Assembly (NCBI GenBank): GCA_000708835.1
Contig: DF236975.1
Location: forward strand, 248,001-312,000
Direction: 5' to 3'
Origin: Klebsormidium nitens
Lineage: Eukaryota > Plantae > Klebsormidiophyceae
DNA length: 64,000 nucleotides
A program made the position numbers and the translations under genes. How positions within the stretch are numbered: the first letter of the stretch is position 1; each line of letters opens with the position of its first letter. Below are positions 32,796 to 47,130 of the stretch, one piece after another. The notes beneath the pieces were generated by a model. The model was not told the origin of the DNA. It ran no database searches and was given only the letters and a program-made list of their open reading frames with translations.

Positions 32796-33549
32796 CAGGC
32801 TAGGTTTTGGATACAAAGCCCCAGGTTCTGATACACCTAATAATTACATATGCTCTAAAGAACTTACTTGGCACGAGCAGCCCGCGGGTTCTGACATCAG
32901 CTAGCGGCATGCCGCACGCTACCCTGGGTGAGCTTTAAGTTTGTGGTCCGGTTGAGATGTACATCTGGAACCGGGAGGACGCACTTAACCTAAAGACCCC
33001 AAAGCCTAAGCTCACGCGCCCTGCGCCCATGACCACTCTAACCCCTAGCTAAACCCACCTGTCCCGGGACACTGACCTAATTCAACCTGGCTGTACAATA
33101 ACCTGGAAATGGTGCGCCGGCGTCGCTTCCCGTCGGCTGACGTGTGGCTTAATTATTGACTTGCCGGAGACTTCCGACAACCGCGTGCGCCTTTCCTAGA
33201 TGTTGGCGACATCCGCGTTCACTTTAGCAGCCGGTGTTCTCCTCCAATTTCGCCCGGGGCACCAGGAAACCCATTCTCTAACTAACAAAGGGACGCCCTT
33301 CTACATCCGTGCCCGCCCTGTTAACTCCCAATAAAACCCTACCTGTCCCCGGGACTTGTTCTTCTGTGAATGTGGCCCTAAACGACCACCAATGTCGCCA
33401 GTTTCAATATCGTGTGAGTGACGATACAACCCCGGCGCTGACTCGTACTCTGTCACTCGGACCGATTCCGCCGGAATTTAGGCAGGCCTGGCCTGGTTGG
33501 TGGGGGGGCCCTCATCGAACGATGCAGGGACCCTGTTCATGGGCTGTAC

Positions 33550-34344
33550 TTATCGTCGACGGTTGAAAGCACAAACTGCCTGTCCGGTTGGCAGCTCGTG
33601 CATAATGACCGAGTCGGTTCGTTTAGACTCAGGCTCCCACACAGTCGATCTTGGGCTACTCCGAGACTCTGATTCTCCTGTGGGCAGTGACTTCAGGTTT
33701 GTTGAAAACTTGCACTGGTGCCAGTATAGTTATGGTAGAAGGCTCACGAAGGCAACAGAAGAATGCTTTTAAGCTTCTCATACGGCGCTGCATGCGGATA
33801 TCGTACAGTCAAATCAGCGGACCGGTACCTCGTAACCAGGCAACGCCAACGGCCTGCAGCAACTCCACAACCCCATGGCCCTGCAGGGGCGCCTGAAAAG
33901 TTGCATGAGCTGCTTGAGTAGTTGTACACTCAGGCTGTAATAGATTGAAATTGAGACGTTGATGTTTGCAGTCTTCAGGTGGGTGAGGAAAAGGACAGCT
34001 GGGGAGGCCGCCTGCTGAGCGCCTGCGGGACCACCGGATTTGTGCTCTGTACACCTTGTGTCTCTTTTTTGCGCCTCTTCCAATCACATGTGCAACGGGA
34101 ACAAAAAAGCAGGGGCACCGTGCTGCTATGACCCCCGGCAATGGAGGTTGCTCCACGCGTTGGCTTGCAATTGGTTTTAATCAAGGACAGATTGTTGCTG
34201 CCTGATACCATCAGCTGAATCAATGTTTCATCACTCTGATGACGCACCATCTCAATCCTGGATACGATACGAGGCCAAGTATGAAGACTGAAATTAGGGA
34301 TCTGGAGGATGGCAGTGAGCTGCTCTTGCAGCTGCCAGGTGAAC
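33550..34344 (-). CDS. Hypothetical protein, 3' exons only
   Basis: Three phase-consistent GT-AG exons (34344-34209, 33972-33829, 33714-33550) are open and end in TAA: FTWQLQEQLTAILQIPNFSLHTWPRIVSRIEMV..; TANINVSISIYYSLSV..; CKFSTNLK..AFNRRR. No family recognised; upstream exons unresolved. Confidence 0.35.
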
Positions 34345-37300
34345 CTGCAAACCAGAGCTTGCTTTCTTCTTGTATATGAGGACTGATGCTGATACATGAT
34401 GCTGAGATTGACATGGATCAAGGCCTCTGCAGGCCCTCTGCTAGACTATATGCAGCTTGTTCGTGCGAGCGCATATTGCTCAGATTGAAGCTGTTGCTTT
34501 CTGAGCTTCCTTCCTTGCTGCCATGGGCCGCTCAGGAGCTCCTTTGGATGGCCACCATCTGACTCTGAGGTGTCCACATGCAGAAAAGACTAGCAACCGG
34601 ATCAAAGGAAAGCCTATTGATTGGTGCCTTGTACAAAGAGCTATATTAGCTCTCATCATGTTTGGAGCCATAGCATGGGTAAGCAGTTCATCTTACCAAC
34701 TTCAAGTACTCAAGGCTTTGTTGTTCTTGTAATACAGTTAGCGTGTGTTATATGGCAGGAGTCTCTGCAGAATGTGGCGCCCGTCCAAAGCTCCAGGTTT
34801 GCAGTGAGTTTGCCGGTTGAGTCGTAAAGCCACTATTCTGGCCAGTTATCAGAGCCATGCGGATACCCTGTTTAAGGTGGGGGAGGCGAATGCTTTGCAT
34901 TTTGGACGAGGATGACCGCAGTACAAGAAGGTGGGCACTCGGTTTCACGTGATTCGTCCTTCTTTGATTGAATTCTACGCTTTGCCTCCGCGTTCTTGAG
35001 CACTCTGTTTCTGGAAAGCCGTAAGTTGCGAGCCTTTATCACCTCCTTCCTCTGCAGGTCATCTACATCATAGCAAGTGGAGAAAAGTAAACTTTTGCTC
35101 AGCCTGACGGTCGAGGGGAGCCTGCAAGACAACCGGGGATATATGTAGCGGCGTCTCACCATTACATACATTGACATGAGCGGCGCAGCGCGCGTATCAA
35201 TCCGTCACAGTGGGCTCAGTGTCACTGGGGTGCTTCTAAACTTAAACACCTCTGTTTCCATGCCATTAGTAACGGACAGGCAGCTTTGACGGTTGAGAAT
35301 GAATTGTCCTTATTAAATGCTCCGCCTCATGCAGGGCACTAAGTTCACTTCATGGCATGCCAGCTTGATGAGCTCAACATGGGCGTACGCAGGCTTGATC
35401 ATGTATCTGCACACATTAGCATTCTGCACTGAGTAAGTGGTGTGATTGCATAGATGAGCTCAGGGGCGTTCCTATGTCTTCGAGTTACAGTAGTAAGGGT
35501 CAACCCTGCAATTGAATCAAGTCGATCAAGGCTGCAATATCTCTAGAGGTGTGTCGGATCTAGAAAGATCAACATGCATGTGCACACTGTAACCGCGAGC
35601 TAGCTCAATTGTTAGCATGGTCCAGTGACATATACGTTTATTCAATCGCGCAAGCTGAACGTGCCTAATTCATGCATGCCATGGCCCGCGGCATGTGACT
35701 GTGACATGATATACCGCAATCTAAGTAGGCCAGTACATGAAAAGTCACTATAATGCATCAACGGTTTGCGTGTCACTGAGCGTCCGGGAACTGGGGACCG
35801 GGAACCGGGGCCGAATTTATCATAACATGGCTCTAGCTGTTTTGTACGAACTTAATTGCATTTCGGCCACCAAAAGTATTATTGTGACGCGGCATCCGCA
35901 TGTTCGATTTACAGGGGATGCGTGAGCTCGGCGGCAGGCCCCACCGCCTAGCAGATCATAAGAGTATGTTGAAAGCATTCAAAGGCGACAATAGACGGCT
36001 GCTGCACGGCCGGGTAGTAGATCGGACGGTGCGGCCCTGCCACAAAATTGTTCGCGGCTCGTGATCTGATGAATGGTATGAACTTCAGTTTTCAACTCCC
36101 AATCTAGCAACCTGGTTAAATTACTTTCGGACCGTGCATGTGGAGTAAATCCGTTTACCGCCCAAAGCTAGCTCTCACAGGAGACTTGCCGCGCAGCTAA
36201 GTGCAGTTTTGGGAGGGAGCAAGGTCTCTGCACATGCGACGCGTGCATTCACGACACTGCTGGTGCCGCGTCAAGGGGCAACTCGCTTGCGCTATGCTTT
36301 CTTTCAGGAGTTATGCAAGTTGTCCTGATGGCAATCTTCCCGTTTGCTAACTTTTGACAGTTTTCATTGCCAGCCTTTTCCAGCCTGAGCCAAAACGAAA
36401 TCTGAAAGAGCGTGTATATTGGAGTCGCTCAATCGCGGTCCGAAGGTGCACTGGCCCCTAGGTTTGCACTCAGCGCCGTACCCCTGCATCAAGACAGCCG
36501 AGACCTGATTCAGACTTATCTGTTAGCAGAATCACTCGGCTTCATTGCAGACCAAATTTGGAGAACTGTCAAACAGAAGGAAGCATCATGACAACTACTC
36601 GTTTCGTTTTGAGGGGAACATACACAGTGATTCAGTCTGCTCATCCAAGCGTTTGCATTTTAGTGCCAAGTCCGCTGTTACTCTATTCGCAGACACACGG
36701 ACTTACCGGCATCTTTCCCTTCCCGAAGTACGTGATCTTATAGATGGCTTCCTCAGTATTCATATTGTTCCTGCAGCGTATCATGACATGCATCACAAAT
36801 TCCGGTGAAAAACTCCAGGACTCGTGAGGACTACTTTCATCGAAGCTGTTCTCTAATGGACAGAAGACGTTTGAACCGGAAGAAGGAGAACACACGTTGA
36901 AAGACGAGCTGGCTTTCTTGTTTCCTGATTCGCCCTGCTGTAGACACTGATGAGATCGTGTTTTGTTAAACGAAGGAAGGGCAGTTCACAGCACGCAGTA
37001 TGTTCTACACCCCCATCGAGAGTCCGCCAGTCGGTGTTCATTTCCAATCCTTTGAAGTCTCACCTTTCAAGATCTTTCGTGAACAGCGTGGCGCCCTACA
37101 TCAGTAGAAGAAGATGCCTTAAGAGGGAGACGTGCTAAAGAATATTGAAACGAGTGGCGGGAACCATGCACCGGTTAAAATGAACCATGCCAACAAAGGA
37201 TTTTTCAGTATTTCATTGTAATGGTCTTTTTATAACTTCGACTCCGACTACTAAGCTTACTTGACTTGAGGAGAGGCCTTTTACTTGCCTACACGAAAGA

Positions 37301-38581
37301 AGCTCTGACAAAGCAGATTGAGCCAAAGCTTGCAGGCCCAGATTCCCAGGGGCTTCCAGGGTTCCGACAAACATTCAGCAAAAAGGAAAGTGGCCTACTG
37401 CTTGAACGACGTTTCCCCCTTTGTAGTGGCAGCCAGCGCAAGTTGTTGCGAAGACCTCAGCAGCCCCCCCGGCAACAAGTGTATCGGCAAGTGCGGCGCC
37501 TGCAATAGGCAAGCTGACTGTCCTGTTATTGCACAGAATCGATGTTGAGAGGCAGTCAAGACTTCAGTCCAAAGAAGCGAGGCCTTTGCAGAAGACTGGA
37601 ATCAAGAGGGTGCTCATCAGACATTTTAGGTGACGTATGGCTGGCCCTGAAAAGCAGGATATCAGAGCAGTGACCCCCTACATGTCCAACATAACACTAG
37701 TGCCATGAGGAGACAAATTGCAGATCTAAGAGTGACAGACAAGAGCAATTTACATCAAGTGGTGAAAGGGCCTCAATCCCCTGTCTTACCTATGTATGAA
37801 GTGTCAGGATCTGCGCCTCCATCCTGGGAAATTACGATTCACCACAAGCCTAAAGATAAATCTTTTTCTTTCATTCAAGCTGCCAGAAAGTGCCCTCACC
37901 AGGTGCTGCCATCGCCAGTGCCGCAGCGACAGCAAATATGGCCACAGCTTCACGAACCCGGGCAGCTGCCTTAAGGGGCTCTGTTGAGGGTCAAAGCAGC
38001 AGTGCTCAGCAGGGTCTGGTGTGCGCTTCAGGTTGTTACTTGGAAAAGCCTCGAACAAAAGCTGACGGCTCAAGAATCTGGTTGACAAGGATTCGCCTGG
38101 CGCCATGAAGGCGTAGGCAGGTTCACATGGCTGAGTAACTCTCCTGGACTTTGTCTCACAGAGTTACGAGACTTCACCAGATTGCAAGTTTGCCCAGTCC
38201 TTTGTGCTCTGGAGCATTTCAAGCAAGCAATAACTCCACAGCTGTGGCCAGGGGCGCTTCATGACTTGTTGACGAAATAGGAACTCCACCTTGCAAAACT
38301 CACAAGCAGCTTCGGGGTCTCAAAATGCAACACTTGGTTCCACTTATGAGGAAGAGAGGGGCCTGGTGCATCATAGGACTCACCTTTCAGAGATTTGTTT
38401 TCTTTGAATTGGGTTTGCCTGCAAATCTGCAAATGCCACACCCAACTTACAATCAACAAGAGATTTTAGCTAGCGCCCACCATGAGCATGGTCCAAACTT
38501 CATGCTTTTAGTGCCTGCCCTCCTTTAAGCACAGCGTTATGCAATTGCTTCTTGTAAGGTGGTCGTACTGTTCCTGGATAC

Positions 38582-38627
38582 AATAATACCTGTGAAACAA
38601 ATAATACCTGTGAAACACTGTGAAACA
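38582..38627. repeat. Short tandem repeat (18-bp unit x2 plus partial)
   Basis: AATAATACCTGTGAAACA twice, then CTGTGAAACA. Confidence 0.85.
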
Positions 38628-40898
38628 CAACACCATGTACTGAGAACATCACAAACTTACGCAGAATCCATCTGAGTCTGACACGCCAACCAGGTGACCC
38701 GGACGCCACTCTCCTGATCACCAAGGTCACACGACGACCACCACTCATACATCACAACAGCTTTCAAATCAAAGAAGGCAACGATAGCTCACCACCACCT
38801 GGGACCTGGTTTTGCTTCTTGAGAATGCAGCATTGTTAGGTAGACTAGGTTTTGAGAGAGTATTTGATGACAGGACTCGTGAATTGCAGCTCAGTGATTC
38901 AGGGCCAAGCAGTCTGGCGGAGACAGCGGCCATGATCCTGATCGATTGAGGATGGTGCAGAAACTCAGCTCAAACAATCTTCCTCGTGCTCCTCATCGCT
39001 AACCTACTCGCATGCACCTCGAGGAACCACCTTACGCTAATGTCCTAAGGTAGCTGAATATCTGCGCCAGATTTCATGCAACACCTTAATCCTCTTCTGT
39101 GAATCCTGATCGAGCATTGTGCTGCGGCTTGCTGCCAATGCTGGGCTAGCTAGACAGCCGCACTGCGCAGCGCAGTGCGCACCTGAGGTTGCCAGCTGGC
39201 ACCTGCCCGCTGTGCTGATTGGTCATGCAGGACCTCTTAGTTTGCGGATTATGCGGAGTGCTACTGTTGGTCAAGGGGGGGGTCAATGAGCAGTAAATAT
39301 TACCCCCCACGTCGACGGGAGCCCTGTTCGCCCGATCGCCATCTCTGGCAACCGTGCATCCGGTCCGAAAATGGATAAGATACGTACAGAGTCTGCAGAG
39401 CCAGCTCAGAGTCTCAGAGGCCTGCAGCTTGTCAATATAATAGCACATATCTCTCAATCGCTTGGTGCACCGATGCAGTTTCATGTAAACGACCAGCTGA
39501 TCATGCTTTGGACTCGCTTTTGATCCACAATCACTTAGTTTCAACCAAAATCTCACCAGCTATCTTGTTTCTCGACATCTAACTAAGGCATCTTTGAGAT
39601 TCGTCTTGGATTATGCGTCTAATGGACCGCGTCGACGATAAAGAAGTTGCATCTTCGAGGTGTAAACGTCCCTTTTGAGAACGCCAAGAAAGGCCTGCAA
39701 GTCTTACTACATTGAGCACAAATCAATTCCAAAGCTTCTTCAGATCATAGACAGCGCTGCGTTGCTTCATAAAAGAGTCAACGAAGCGCCACAAAAGTTG
39801 CAGATCAGTAGATTTTTCAAAGCACATATTTCAGCCGCCAAGTCATTTGACCACCAGAGTTGTATTTTAATGTTTTGGCAAGTGCCAGCTAATCTTCAAT
39901 CAGGTGATCTCTAGGTCACACGTACGGAGGGATGCGCCGAATAGAAACCGAGTCAAATAGTAGTACAGCCGTCTCTGATCAATCAGAGCGATGTATACGC
40001 GTGCAGATTTGCAGATTCGAAGATGCAGATCGAATAGAACCAGTTCAATAAACAGGAGAACCGTTCTTCGCACATGGTGCAAAAATGTCAGCGAAGTCGC
40101 CAATTCTTGCTCATCATAGTTGAGCACGTCTTCGTTGTTACAGGCTTCGATTCGAGTCTGACGACTTATCCAAGGCAAGACGACATAGGGGTCGACGTCA
40201 TCGAGACTTGAGCTTTGGGAGGACAAGCTGTGGTCCTCGATCAGCTTACAGTCAGCCCTCGGGTTTGCATCAGTAGCTCAAAGCTAGCGGCACAATCTGA
40301 TACGTGAGTCGACCTCAAGCTCTCTTATCTGAGTGGATCAGCCTTTCACTTAAAGTCAAATTAGCCGAAGACAAAGACAACAAGCGGATGCCAGATAACG
40401 GAAGGAGTCTCCTGGATGGCCCTGCAAGGCGCTCAGAAACGATCTATGACCCCGTGGTCATGATCGAAGCACGTCTTGATGGCCTAGACGTACGTGGAGA
40501 ACAGTATGCTGACGTCAACGGCGGGTTATGAGATGAAGATGACTTGATGAAAGTGGTTCTATATTCTGAACATTCTACTGTCCCCGAGCTGACATCATCA
40601 CAACTTTCTTGCTGCAAGATTCTTTCCATGAGCTGCTGTTCAGCTTGCAGCCCGCTGTGCCATCCATAGGTCATCAGCACCGGGGTGAAGCGCCAGAGGG
40701 TTTTTACATTCAGGCCCCTGAGCAGGCGAATGACTAGCTAATCAAAGCAATTGGAGAGAAATAAGCCTCTGGGAGCTTGGAGCCTGGCTCTAGATCAGCA
40801 ACGTAACACCGGCGCACACTTACTGGAACAAGAATGGCAGCTTGAGCAATGAATGGTTCTCGTGGTTCTAGAATCTGCTCCTACGACTTTTCATCACC

Positions 40899-43362
40899 AT
40901 GGCAGGCTGGTGGAAGCCATTGGAGATCCTTGGGGTTGCAAGTTCTGAGAAGACGGCTGTCTTTCTCAGCAAGGTGAGCGTACAGGAGGCGATATGTTAG
41001 CTTCGAAGCTAACAGCAATGGCCACTGGACTGATCACTTAATATCCAAGCGCGCCCTGGGAATCAGCTTGAGAATGTGATCTGTCAAGAGGCATTCTGAC
41101 GGCCTGTGTCATGTTTCATTCTGCGGAGAATCTGCTGAGAGTTTGTGCAGACACGAATGAACGGCTTTCATGCATGCATGCATCTTAAGCTTTATAGTGG
41201 CACTGCTTTGATTGCCTGGGGAGACTCATGAGATCCTAACGGAAAAAAAGAGGGAGTGAAGGTGTAAGAGAATATATTTGAGATTCGGAGTACCTGAACT
41301 GCTGCGGGCTCATCAAGTCTGCGAAGGGAAAGACCAGGAGCCATTCAGCCAATCTCGATGGTTGCGCTTTGAACCAGCTCGTTTTAAGTTAGTGAGATTT
41401 ACTCTTCGTTCCTCTTGCAGGCTAGGTACGTCTTGGCGAGCGAAGAGTTTTTAGAGTTGCGTTCGCTTATGCAACAGCATGCTTCGAATCAGGCTAACTT
41501 CCATGACCTCTTGATATCTGTGCGACGTGTCTGCCTCGGAAAGGATGTTCCGGAAAACGAGCGCAGGAAAGCACTTTGGGCAGAGTTTCTGGGCATCATC
41601 ACTCCAGCAGAGGCGAGGATGGCATTCCATCCAACCTGGGAGGTCCCCAAAATAGGTGATCTTCTTCCTTACATACCTCAAGGGACCCGCAGAAAAAGAT
41701 CTAATGTGTGAAGCTGGATGGGAGTATAAGCACACGTTACTGAGTGGCCAGCTTCTATGTACATCTTTATCTATCCAAGACATGCACTGAGGACTTCGAT
41801 CTGAGAAGAGACATAGATTCTGGATCGGAAAGGGACAAGTAAGCTTCGTCAGCTTGCTGAGCAGAGCGACTGATACCGAAGGGGAAATTTCAATTCTTTG
41901 TTTTCGCAAAGGAGCACTGCAATCTTTAAGGGATTTTGAAGCAACTAAAGTTGAAGCAACTAAAGTTGAAGCAACTAAAGTTGAGCATATCTGATTCTGG
42001 CAGGCATGGAAGATGTATCGCTCAAAGGGGACGTGTTCGAACTTCACCGACCGACATACTCGGGGCCGTGCGCCACGGCAAGGGTCCCAGCTCGACTCTC
42101 AGATCTCCCTTCGAGCCCCGCACTACAAGCAAGGACCAGAACGCTTCTGGCCAAAGTGGATACCTCCCAGAGTCGAATCGCTAACGCTGTCGATCTCAAA
42201 GTCCCAGGGTGGGACTGTCCGTTTGTGCAGAGAGACTGGCAGCCGGACCTCGTAGTGCATGCAGCTTCGACAAGTCAGTTAGAGGCATCAACGTCTGCTA
42301 TGATGAATGGGGGTCGTCTTCTGCAAGACGGACGGCAGATGCCCGTCGAGTTGACGGGCGCATCCGCCAGTGGTGACGTCGAGACAGCGGATACGGAAGC
42401 GCTGGGATGGTGGCCGCTCACCAGCCTCCCTCTCAGAACCGCTTTTGAGGTAAGTTCTAACTAATTTTTGCGCATCTGAAAGGCCACAATGAAATAAGAT
42501 AAAATAAACTGCTTCTGTTTGTTTACTTCGTGTGAGCGCCTACATGTAGCAGCTTCTGAAATTGCTGCAGTGGTGGCAACATTAGCAAAACTCTCTGCGT
42601 TTTGACTTCAGAGTTGAAACTTCGATCACGTTACGTTTACGACAGAAGGTGCGGCCAGTCGCGAACTACTTCCTAGCGCTCCCTGTCGGGACGAAGGAGA
42701 TTCTCGCGGCCGCTTTTGAGTATATGACATCCGTCCTGATTGAAGTACATCCAAACATTTCGCAAGGGACGACTGAAGACGGACGTTAAGTGCTCGATTG
42801 ACCTAGTTGGTCTCTCGAGCGATCTGTTGCCTCCTGAACCAGATTCTCAGTGTCGCTCAGCGAAAAGCTATGATCGCTTCCTCTGCAGATGATGAAGCTG
42901 GCGGCGGAAAGGGCGGCCTCGATAAGTGGCACCGTTGCATCTCCTCCAGTGTGGGACGAGTCAGTGGTCCGAGAGCACGGTGCAGATGAGCTGTCCTGCC
43001 CTCGGGCTAAAGAAACGGACGAAGGTTTAGGGACCCTGGAAGGTGCGCAGCAGGCGAGCTTGGTGCCGAGCGGCTTTTGGACGTCCACAGGCAGGGAGAC
43101 AAAGATCGGTAACTCAACGGCCGCCACTCAGCTTCATCCGTTCTACACGGATACATCCTTGAGTCAAGCAAACGGAGAGGATGTCTGGGCAATCGAGCGG
43201 CCGCTACTTGCTGAGGATCAGCCGGCCATGTCTTCTTTCGTCTCGTCAGATGCTCTAACGCCTCATGAAGAAATCAGAGAGGTCCAAGTCACGCACGCAA
43301 GTGACACGTACAGCAAGAGGAGGCGTTTACTTTACGAGAACTACGGCACCTTCTTCTTTTGA
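40899..43362 (+). CDS. Hypothetical protein with N-terminal PAH / harmonin-N-like helical bundle and low-complexity tail
   Basis: Exon 40899-40973 (MAGWWKPLEILGVASSEKTAVFLSK) splices in phase 0 to 41421 (ARYVLASEEFLELRSLMQQH..FHDLLISVRRVC..RRKALWAEFLGIITPAEARMAFH). Further open exons lie at ~42004-42449, ~42646-42720 and 42889-43362. The helical pattern resembles RTEL1 harmonin-like/PAH domains (inference). Confidence 0.55.
41936..41984. repeat. Intronic 15-bp tandem repeat x3
   Basis: TTGAAGCAACTAAAG at 41936, 41951 and 41966. Confidence 0.95.
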
Positions 43363-46300
43363 CCACTGTAAAGATAGGGCATCTTGCATAGCATACCTGA
43401 CGCAAACGCTAAGGTGAGACTCGCTCGGCAGGTCAAGGGACGGCTTCCATAGTTCTTCTGATTTTCGCAGTTGTAGTCAGCAGAGATAGAAATAAACTTA
43501 ACTCAAGCCAAGGTCGCATGGTCTGATCACTAATAGGCCAGTAAAAAAGCAGGACCCTTAAAGATGCATGTGGAGTACAAAAGAGGTTGCGTGTGAAGTC
43601 GACTCTTGGAGCTTTCGCTGCAGGTGTCAGATGTGCAGGTTGGATCGATCAGAATGGGTTTGAGCTGAGTTTCGAGTTAAGCCATGCCGTTGCCGGACTG
43701 CGACGGCAAAGACAATAGCCATTGGTCTCATGCGAGGCACCCGCCCCGCAGTGGACGAGCTTCTCAATGAATTCAATCTGTATAGATGTTTCTTTTCAGA
43801 AGGCAATAAGAAGCTTTTTGCAATGACGGTCGAAAAGACTTATTGACCGGTCAATTATTAGTTCAGGGTAGCATGATGCCAAAATGTCGGAGTGCAAGCA
43901 AGAAGCGCATAAAATTGCACTTGAATCTGAAGCCAACCCTTCTTCGAAACTGATGTAATCAGGTGGAGAGACGACGAGCTCCCCATGAGCTCAGGCGGCC
44001 CTTGGGCTGGCTCGTCTGAGATCAAGTCCCTATCATCAACCCCCTGTCACGACTGCACCGGCCTGGCCAACGGGTGAACCACATGCAATTGAGCCGTAAG
44101 TATGATTAGTGATTGAGATCAGCAATCTTCGATGTATTATATGAGATCCTGATCCCTATTAATGGGCCGTTGTAGGCTACGGTGAGAGTAGCAAACGCGC
44201 CTGCGGGCCAATCATGATCATGATCATGCATGAGTTGGGGTTTCCTGGGGACCAATGAGTATTACGGTTGGATCAAGAGCTCGAAAAGGGATATCAAACA
44301 CTTCGAAATGGTCAAAGTATCATGCCATGCGTAGCTCGATCCACGAAGTCGTCACTTTGACCCATTAACCGTATCAGCTTATTTAAACTGGAACCGGCCT
44401 ACACTCGTGAATTACTCTGGCAAAAAACAAGACGGATTCTTCAGAATAAAACGCTACGTCGCGACTGAGCAGTCAGAAATTCGAAAAAGCGGAAACTCTG
44501 GTTTGAGATGCGGGAAAAGCGCTCGGGTTGGGCTCGGGACCATGTCGACGGACTCCACTGGAACTCTGTGCTTCGGTTTGCTTAGGAACTAGTTTAGGGC
44601 AGGAAGGCGCCACACATCTGCCATGATTCACTCCGGCACTGTCATCGTCTCGAACAGATGGTGTCCGGCCAGTAGATCACAAGCTGAGCCTGCAAACTCA
44701 CGGATGCGCGCACGCGCGGCCGGCCGCGTCAGCGACTACCATGCGCGCGCCGGGCCACGTGTGCAAAGTTGTACAACCGTCGATGGACACCGATATACTC
44801 ACGTGACCGGCGCGCAGCCGTCCGATGGGGAGAAGTTCAATGCGCGCGTGGAGAATGTATTTGCGTGTGTCCGATGACCTCTGGCAGTGACACAGGAGGT
44901 TGAACGATCCGGACTTAGTATACTAGTAGTAGTACTATTACTAGGATTATGAGCCTGCAGGTCCAGGTGGAGGTCTAGTCCTAAGCCGAGGCTTGAGCAA
45001 ACTCAAACTTTGAAACTTCAAAGAGTCAGGGCGATGCACCTTCATGCGGTGGACCGCCCTGGCAGTCCCAAGCATGGGGCCCAAGGTACGTACGTATGTG
45101 GTACGTATCACATTATTCTGTAATACGCCTAGATGAGCATCTATATTGAGCTAGCCCTGATGCCCTATGATCCAAAAATAGCTGCAGGCTGCTCAGAGCT
45201 GCTACAGAAGTTTCAGTGCAAGTTGCAGAGCGAGGCGTCAGAGTTGATTCAGTGGCATTGCATGTAAGACAAGGCAGTCTTCGCTGTAGAGGGAGGTTTG
45301 GTAGGTTCGGGGGCCAGCCAGCTATACATAGTAATTGATTGAAGGGATGGCATTGCAGTTTGAAGGATTGAGCTCGCAAGCTCGTTGCAAAGAGATCGTG
45401 GGCTGTGCGGGCTAGCTTTGTGGTTTGCACCAAAGGCAGACGAAGTGAGTGAGCACCTGAAAAGAAAAGCTGATAGGTCCAATTGGAAGTCCAAGCGTGG
45501 ATCCTGGACAGGGTAATCCTCTCAATTTCTAGCGCGCAAGTTTTGCTGGCGATCAATCACCATTTGGTGGTTGAGCTGTGCAAATGCAAAGGGTCATTGC
45601 TGTCGATGCATTTGTTGTCGGGTCGAGACTAGCGGCACATCCAAGAGGTGAGCTCGCTGTTCGGCAATCAAGGCCTGACAGTCTGCGGAAAACAATGATG
45701 ATACGTAGGTCCATAAAGGGCAAATCCGAGGGCCGTTGTGTAACGCAAGAGCTCGCGGACACACGCCATTCCCACACCGTTATGGAAGGTCAGTGTAGAG
45801 CTAGCTAGCTGTTCGAGCATATGACCGAGTATCCCCTAAGCCTTTTGTTTGCTGTGAAATAATGTGCTGTCAAATAATGGTTAAGCACTGGCTGCCGCCG
45901 TGTCTGGTTAATGTCTGTCTACCGAATGAACTAGTGGTCCTAGAAGATCCGGGCATAAGCTCGTAAGTCCAGCAATGTAAGGATGCAAGACTTGATGTAA
46001 CGGTAACCTTCCGCTGGTGCACTGTGTACCAACTGAACTTCGTTTTCTATATAATTGTCACACGTCTGTCCTGGTCAAGAGCTGCACAAATGAGAAGGCA
46101 ATAAGTGCCTCTAGAAGCTCGACACATGAAGCGTCTGTATGCTCTTCTGGTAAACACTTCTGTGGCTTCTCTGTGCAAAAAGGTTGGATTTGTAGAACCG
46201 ATATTTCTTTGATTGACCTTCTGAGCCTATCCCTAGCTTGATGTGACAATCACCAAGGTGGAGCTTCCATCAGAGACACGTTTTACGAACAGGTGGCATT

Positions 46301-47130
46301 CGGTAAAGACATGTAAGAAAAGAACTTGCCAAGGGTCTGCCACCTTCAGGAACCCTCCATTGATACCACCAGGCTTGTTACCAAGTATTCAAGATGCAGT
46401 CGTGATCGCCTGGATCGAAGCAAAGGCAGAAACAAGTCATCTGCATCACGCAAATTTCACTTCGCGATCTTGGAGCTCACTTGGATCATTGATCTCTGCA
46501 GATGAAGCTTCCAACTTTGGAGGCGAACTTGATGTGGTTACCACAGCAGGCGAGCCAGCCTCTGACCAGGGGCCAATGATGAATCGAGAGTGAGTCTTTT
46601 CGCTCTGCAACTCCCATATGAGTAGATCTTTACTGGTGGTGTGGAGAAGATTCCAGTTCTGAGACTGCAGCAGCTGATTGACCCGGGGCAGATCAGCTTG
46701 TGAAGAACGCCTTGCTGTTTGGAGAACTAATCCTGGTAATTCGTTTACAAAAGCTTGTCAGATTTGAGAGCACAGTTGCACTAACTCTGGCTTACCCGTC
46801 ATCTGGTGCACAGATTAGGATGGGATGAAACCCATATCCTTCCTTCAAATCCTCTATATGTAGCAGGTGCATAACACAGGAAGTTCTGGCAGCCAACCAG
46901 GATACATAATATTTCAGTCTTGGTTTATTGGACAGATAACCGGTATTTAACCTTCTGTTTACCGGCCAAGTCTGGTGATGGGACATATAACGTCGTTCTG
47001 ACCAGCCCATAACATTCGAGGTTATCGGCAGAGTTTCTAAGCAATGCTGACGGTGTTAACTTGCAGGTCCGTGTTCAGGACGTCGTGCGTGCAATAGCAG
47101 ATGGGAGTAGGTGGAACCTCCCCTGTCAAG

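Noticed and set aside
36545-38108. Possible plus-strand multi-exon gene (TKFGELSNRRKHHDNYSFRFEG.., Cys-rich ORF 37318-37548)
   Set aside because: I could not build a phase-consistent exon chain or recognise a family.
39146-40740. Protein-like minus-strand ORFs (39900-40226, 40444-40680)
   Set aside because: No recognisable domain or consistent splice path; possibly decayed gene or TE remnants.
43842-43855. 14-bp perfect palindrome ATTGACCGGTCAAT (double W-box-like)
   Set aside because: A single short palindrome is expected by chance in 64 kb and no linked gene is established.
2697-44397. GGAACCGG motif recurring in several intergenic or upstream regions (~2700, 8439, 32967, 35802, 44389)
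   Set aside because: An 8-mer in GC-rich DNA that also occurs in coding regions; enrichment is not convincing without statistics.
46467-47010. Possible minus-strand gene divergent from the membrane-protein gene (open frame of ~98 codons plus ORF 46792-47010)
   Set aside because: The splice phases do not match and no family is recognised.
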